From assembly GCA_018303485.1 (NCBI GenBank), contig JAGVYC010000008.1, forward strand, positions 1 to 61,610: 61,610 nt of DNA. The letters run 5' to 3'. Below, piece after piece: positions 61,195-61,610 of the stretch (position 1 is its first letter; the number at the start of each line of letters is the position of its first letter). This DNA comes from Candidatus Woesearchaeota archaeon (GTDB lineage Archaea; Nanobdellota; Nanobdellia; SCGC-AAA011-G17; JACPNG01). Below the pieces are notes generated by a model. It ran no database searches and had not been told where the DNA came from. It worked only from the letters and a program-made list of their open reading frames with translations. The position numbers and the translations under genes were made by a program.

Positions 61195-61610
61195 TTTTCT
61201 AATTCGTCCCTGGTATATCCTATTAAGGGCCTGAATACAGTCAGCTTAAAACCCCTTTTTTTAATATAATCTATATTATCATTTACAACAATGGCTTTTA
61301 TATTGTCTGGCATTTTTTTATATTCTTTTAGCTCAAAACCATAGCAAAATTTTTTTAGCAGCCCATAATCAACATCTTTCTTTTTTATAAGCGATAATGA
61401 ACATCCCCTTTTTAGCATCAATATTCCTGCTATTAATGAGTCCTTATCTTCCAGCAGCAATCCAACATTTCCTTCTATGCCCACAGGCAAGCCGCCAAGT
61501 CCATTAATCCTTTCATTAAACAAGTATGCCCTTTTGTTGAATAACTCTATGCCTATATTCACATCAGGATTCTCAAGTTCCACCCTTGCCTTTTTTTTCT
61601 TTACAACATG
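61176..61610 (-). CDS. ThiI-like protein (THUMP end plus degenerate PP-loop domain), partial, continues past the right edge
   Basis: GLGGLPVGIEGNVGLLLEDKDSLIAGILMLKRGC aligns with ThiI G.GGLPVG..GKV..LLSGGIDSPVA..MMKRG, but SGGIDS is replaced. The frame is open upstream of the GTG at 61583 to the window end. Confidence 0.45.
   Translation of the reverse strand, partial: HVVKKKKARVELENPDVNIGIELFNKRAYLFNERINGLGGLPVGIEGNVGLLLEDKDSLIAGILMLKRGCSLSLIKKKDVDYGLLKKFCYGFELKEYKKMPDNIKAIVVNDNIDYIKKRGFKLTVFRPLIGYTRDELEKWLMYA

Noticed and set aside
1-61610. CRISPR array search
   Set aside because: No regularly spaced direct repeats of 24-40 nt were seen. The repeated sequences found are gene ends, gene duplicates or the 22-nt motif, which is tens of kb apart. 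The Cas4-like nuclease is stand-alone.

Overview
Visibly AT-rich archaeal chromosome fragment. The informational genes are clearly archaeal: Orc1/Cdc6, Elp3, L21e-RpoF-DUF655, tRNA-His+HisRS, S13-S4-S11-RpoD-[tRNA-Leu]-L18e-L13-S9-(Prx)-RpoN, RNase P Rpp21, 5S rRNA, Pth2, L37ae-RpoP-prefoldin beta-UPF0147-SepF, DRG GTPase, Ogg, GDH, PurF, GatE/GatD, FtsZ, ATP-dependent DNA ligase, TrmB and an MtaB-like enzyme. Short proteins, a giant sequon-rich surface protein, an unlinked 5S rRNA and multi-intron tRNAs suggest a DPANN-type archaeon; that assignment is inference only. Roughly 1-41 kb and 56.7-61.6 kb are core genome. 41.1-56.7 kb is a mosaic accessory region of paralog families with near-identical ends and divergent bodies, gene remnants and cassettes. 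The best leads are: (1) a radical-SAM + GNAT cassette with two small upstream ORFs and an intervening hairpin (45.2-47.3 kb), a candidate peptide-modification system; (2) a 1697-aa beta-helix surface protein gene bracketed by ~153-nt direct repeats that are two copies of an AbrB-like gene, followed by an MNT-HEPN cassette lying between remnants of a paralogous membrane anchor; (3) two tRNAs with non-canonical T-arm introns whose bulge-helix-bulge motifs can be drawn by eye (tRNA-Leu has two introns); (4) a DNA ligase gene split at an A11 tract; (5) a diadenylate-cyclase domain with an atypical C-terminal membrane segment; (6) a 22-nt motif repeated three times just past stop codons. No CRISPR array, integrase or transposase was seen. 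All calls are by eye from the sequence and ORF track, with no database search.
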